Below, one piece after another: positions 62,388 to 64,000 of a stretch of 64,000 nucleotides of DNA. The stretch is taken from contig CAVVMA010000018.1 in NCBI GenBank assembly GCA_963749215.1, positions 238,922 through 302,921 of the forward strand, written 5' to 3'. The notes under the pieces were generated by a model. It saw nothing but the letters and a program-made list of their open reading frames with translations, did not search any database and was not told where the DNA came from. The first letter of the stretch is position 1. Every line of letters begins with the position of its first letter. This stretch comes from an uncultured delta proteobacterium (GTDB lineage Bacteria > Desulfobacterota > Binatia > Binatales > Binataceae). The position numbers and the translations under genes were made by a program.

Positions 62388-64000
62388 ATGAGCAAGAACA
62401 GTTTCGGCGCGCGCGCGACGCTCAGCGTCGGCGGCAAGGACTACACAATTTACAAGCTCGAGGCGCTGGAGAAGCACGGCTTTTCGCCGGCCGAGCTTCC
62501 ATATTCGATTCGCGTGCTGCTGGAGAGCGTGCTGCGGCGCGAGGACGGCGCGATCGTCACTGCGGCGCAGGTCGAGGCGCTCGCGCGATGGAACAAGGAC
62601 GCACACGGCGAATTCGCGTTCGTTCCGGCGCGCGTGCTGCTGCAGGACCTGACCGGTGTGCCGGTAGTCGCGGACCTGGCTGCGATGCGCGACGGGATCA
62701 AGCGGCTGGGCGGGAATCCCGCCCGGATCAATCCGATTCAGGCGGTCGACCTCGTGATCGACCATTCGGTGCAGGTCGACGTGTCCGGCAATGCGGGCGC
62801 GTTCGCGAAGAACAGTGCGATCGAGTTCGAGCGCAATCATGAGCGTTACCTCTTCCTGCGCTGGGGCCAGCGCGCGTTCAACAATTTCCGGGTGGTGCCT
62901 CCCGACACCGGGATCGTCCATCAGGTGAACCTCGAGTACCTGGCGCCGGTGGTCTTCACGACGCCCGGCGGCGACGCCTACCCGGACACGGTCGTCGGCA
63001 CTGATTCGCATACCACCATGATCAACGGGCTGGGCGTGGTTGGATGGGGGGTGGGAGGAATCGAGGCGGAAGCCGCGATGCTCGGCCGATCGATCCCGAT
63101 GCTGATTCCCGAGGTGATCGGTTTCCGGCTGACCGGCGAGCTGCACCCCGGCGCGACGGCGACCGACCTGGTGCTGACCGTGACTCAGATGCTGCGGCAG
63201 AAGGGGGTGGTCAACAAGTTCGTGGAATATTTCGGTTCAGGGATCGAATCGCTCGGCGTTGCCGATCGCGCGACGCTCGCCAACATGTCGCCCGAATACG
63301 GCGCGACGATCGGGTTCTTCCCCGTCGACGACCAGACGCTGAGCTACCTGCGTATCTCCGGTCGCTCCGAGGAGCGCGTCGATCTGGTCGAGGCCTACTG
63401 CAAGGCGCAGGGACTGTTTCGCAGCGACAAGTCGCCCGAACCGGCCTTCACCGACACGCTCGAGCTCGACCTCAAAACCGTGGAGCCGAGTCTCGCCGGA
63501 CCGCGCCGTCCGCAGGATCGTGTGCCGCTCCGAGTTGCCAGGAGCGAGTTTCGCCGCGAGCTGGCCAAGGAAGTCAACGGTCACAGCGGAATCGATCCGG
63601 CGGTGGTCGCGCGATGGGTAGGCGAGGGCGGAAATCCGGAGGTCGCGCCGGAAGATCGGATCCAGCGCCCGGATCTCGGCGCGCTGGGGCACAGTGTCGA
63701 AGTCACCGACGCGGAGGGCGCACACTTCGCGGTCGGCCACGGCTCGGTGATCATCGCGGCGATCACGAGCTGCACCAACACCTCGAATCCAAGCGTGATG
63801 CTCGGGGCCGGCCTGCTCGCAAAGAAAGCCGTCGCGCGCGGATTGACGGTCAAGCCGTGGGTCAAGACCAGCCTCGCCCCCGGCTCCAAAGTCGTCACGC
63901 AGTACCTCAAGCACGCGAAGTTGATGGAGCCTCTGGAGGAACTGCGGTTCAATCTGGTCGGCTATGGATGCACCACCTGTATCGGCAACAGCGGCCCGAT
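62388..64000 (+). CDS. acnA: Aconitate hydratase A; 3' end beyond the right edge
   Basis: Not in the ORF track (runs off the window). My translation from ATG at 62388: MSKNSFGARATLSVGGKDYTIYKLEAL...PARVLLQDLTGVPVVADLAAMRD...IDHSVQVD...VVPPDTGIVHQVNLEYLA...VGTDSHTTMINGLGV...GWGVGGIEAEA. Confidence 0.9.
   Translation, partial: MSKNSFGARATLSVGGKDYTIYKLEALEKHGFSPAELPYSIRVLLESVLRREDGAIVTAAQVEALARWNKDAHGEFAFVPARVLLQDLTGVPVVADLAAMRDGIKRLGGNPARINPIQAVDLVIDHSVQVDVSGNAGAFAKNSAIEFERNHERYLFLRWGQRAFNNFRVVPPDTGIVHQVNLEYLAPVVFTTPGGDAYPDTVVGTDSHTTMINGLGVVGWGVGGIEAEAAMLGRSIPMLIPEVIGFRLTGELHPGATATDLVLTVTQMLRQKGVVNKFVEYFGSGIESLGVADRATLANMSPEYGATIGFFPVDDQTLSYLRISGRSEERVDLVEAYCKAQGLFRSDKSPEPAFTDTLELDLKTVEPSLAGPRRPQDRVPLRVARSEFRRELAKEVNGHSGIDPAVVARWVGEGGNPEVAPEDRIQRPDLGALGHSVEVTDAEGAHFAVGHGSVIIAAITSCTNTSNPSVMLGAGLLAKKAVARGLTVKPWVKTSLAPGSKVVTQYLKHAKLMEPLEELRFNLVGYGCTTCIGNSGP

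Overview
High-GC (~65%) bacterial chromosomal segment, taxon not assignable by eye, with about 60 protein genes and no rRNA, tRNA or CRISPR array. All calls rest on my own motif recognition in the ORF translations. Frameshift positions are approximate (+/-10 nt).

Gene content, left to right:
- 1-5 kb: TPP-dependent keto-acid decarboxylase (partial), thiE, and a sigma-54 NtrC-type regulator with a PAS histidine kinase.
- 5-9.5 kb: lytic transglycosylase, moeA, ispF.
- 9.5-13 kb: ECF transporter (S, fused A1A2, T).
- 13-17 kb: YciI, two family-III CoA-transferases, SMP-30 lactonase-like.
- 17-19.4 kb: lower-GC GT-C / GH17 pair.
- 19.5-22.8 kb: M20 peptidase, pckG.
- 22.9-26.8 kb: a TetR-headed operon of three ferritin-like/di-iron proteins plus two paralogous 130-aa proteins. 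This is my best candidate for an undescribed system.
- 26.9-32.5 kb: a divergent F420H2-dependent DDN-type reductase and a cofG-cofH-cofD-cofE-polyprenyl synthase operon.
- 32.7-35.7 kb: a lower-GC islet bracketed by mazEF and relE/phd-type modules.
- 38.4-46.6 kb: a 2-oxoacid dehydrogenase E1alpha/E1beta/E2 + Zn-ADH cluster behind a consensus sigma-54 promoter, then an orphan nuoB-nuoF-nuoG trio.
- 46.6-52.2 kb: a decayed accessory stretch (IS remnant, gene fragments, NHL / TP-linker / BNR secreted giant).
- 53.9-64 kb: OmpA-like lipoprotein, uvrB with a GAAC-N4-GTTC SOS box, a PIN-domain pair, uvrC, acnA (partial).

Cross-cutting observations:
- At least 8 copies of a structured intergenic repeat family (CCCTCTCCC-loop-GGGAGAGGG hairpins with CCCTCACCC/GGGTGAGGG arms).
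- One copy sits at the E1beta start between a 59-bp duplication of the gene's 5' end.
- About 15 single-base frame changes hit 9 mostly accessory genes, while the large housekeeping genes are intact.
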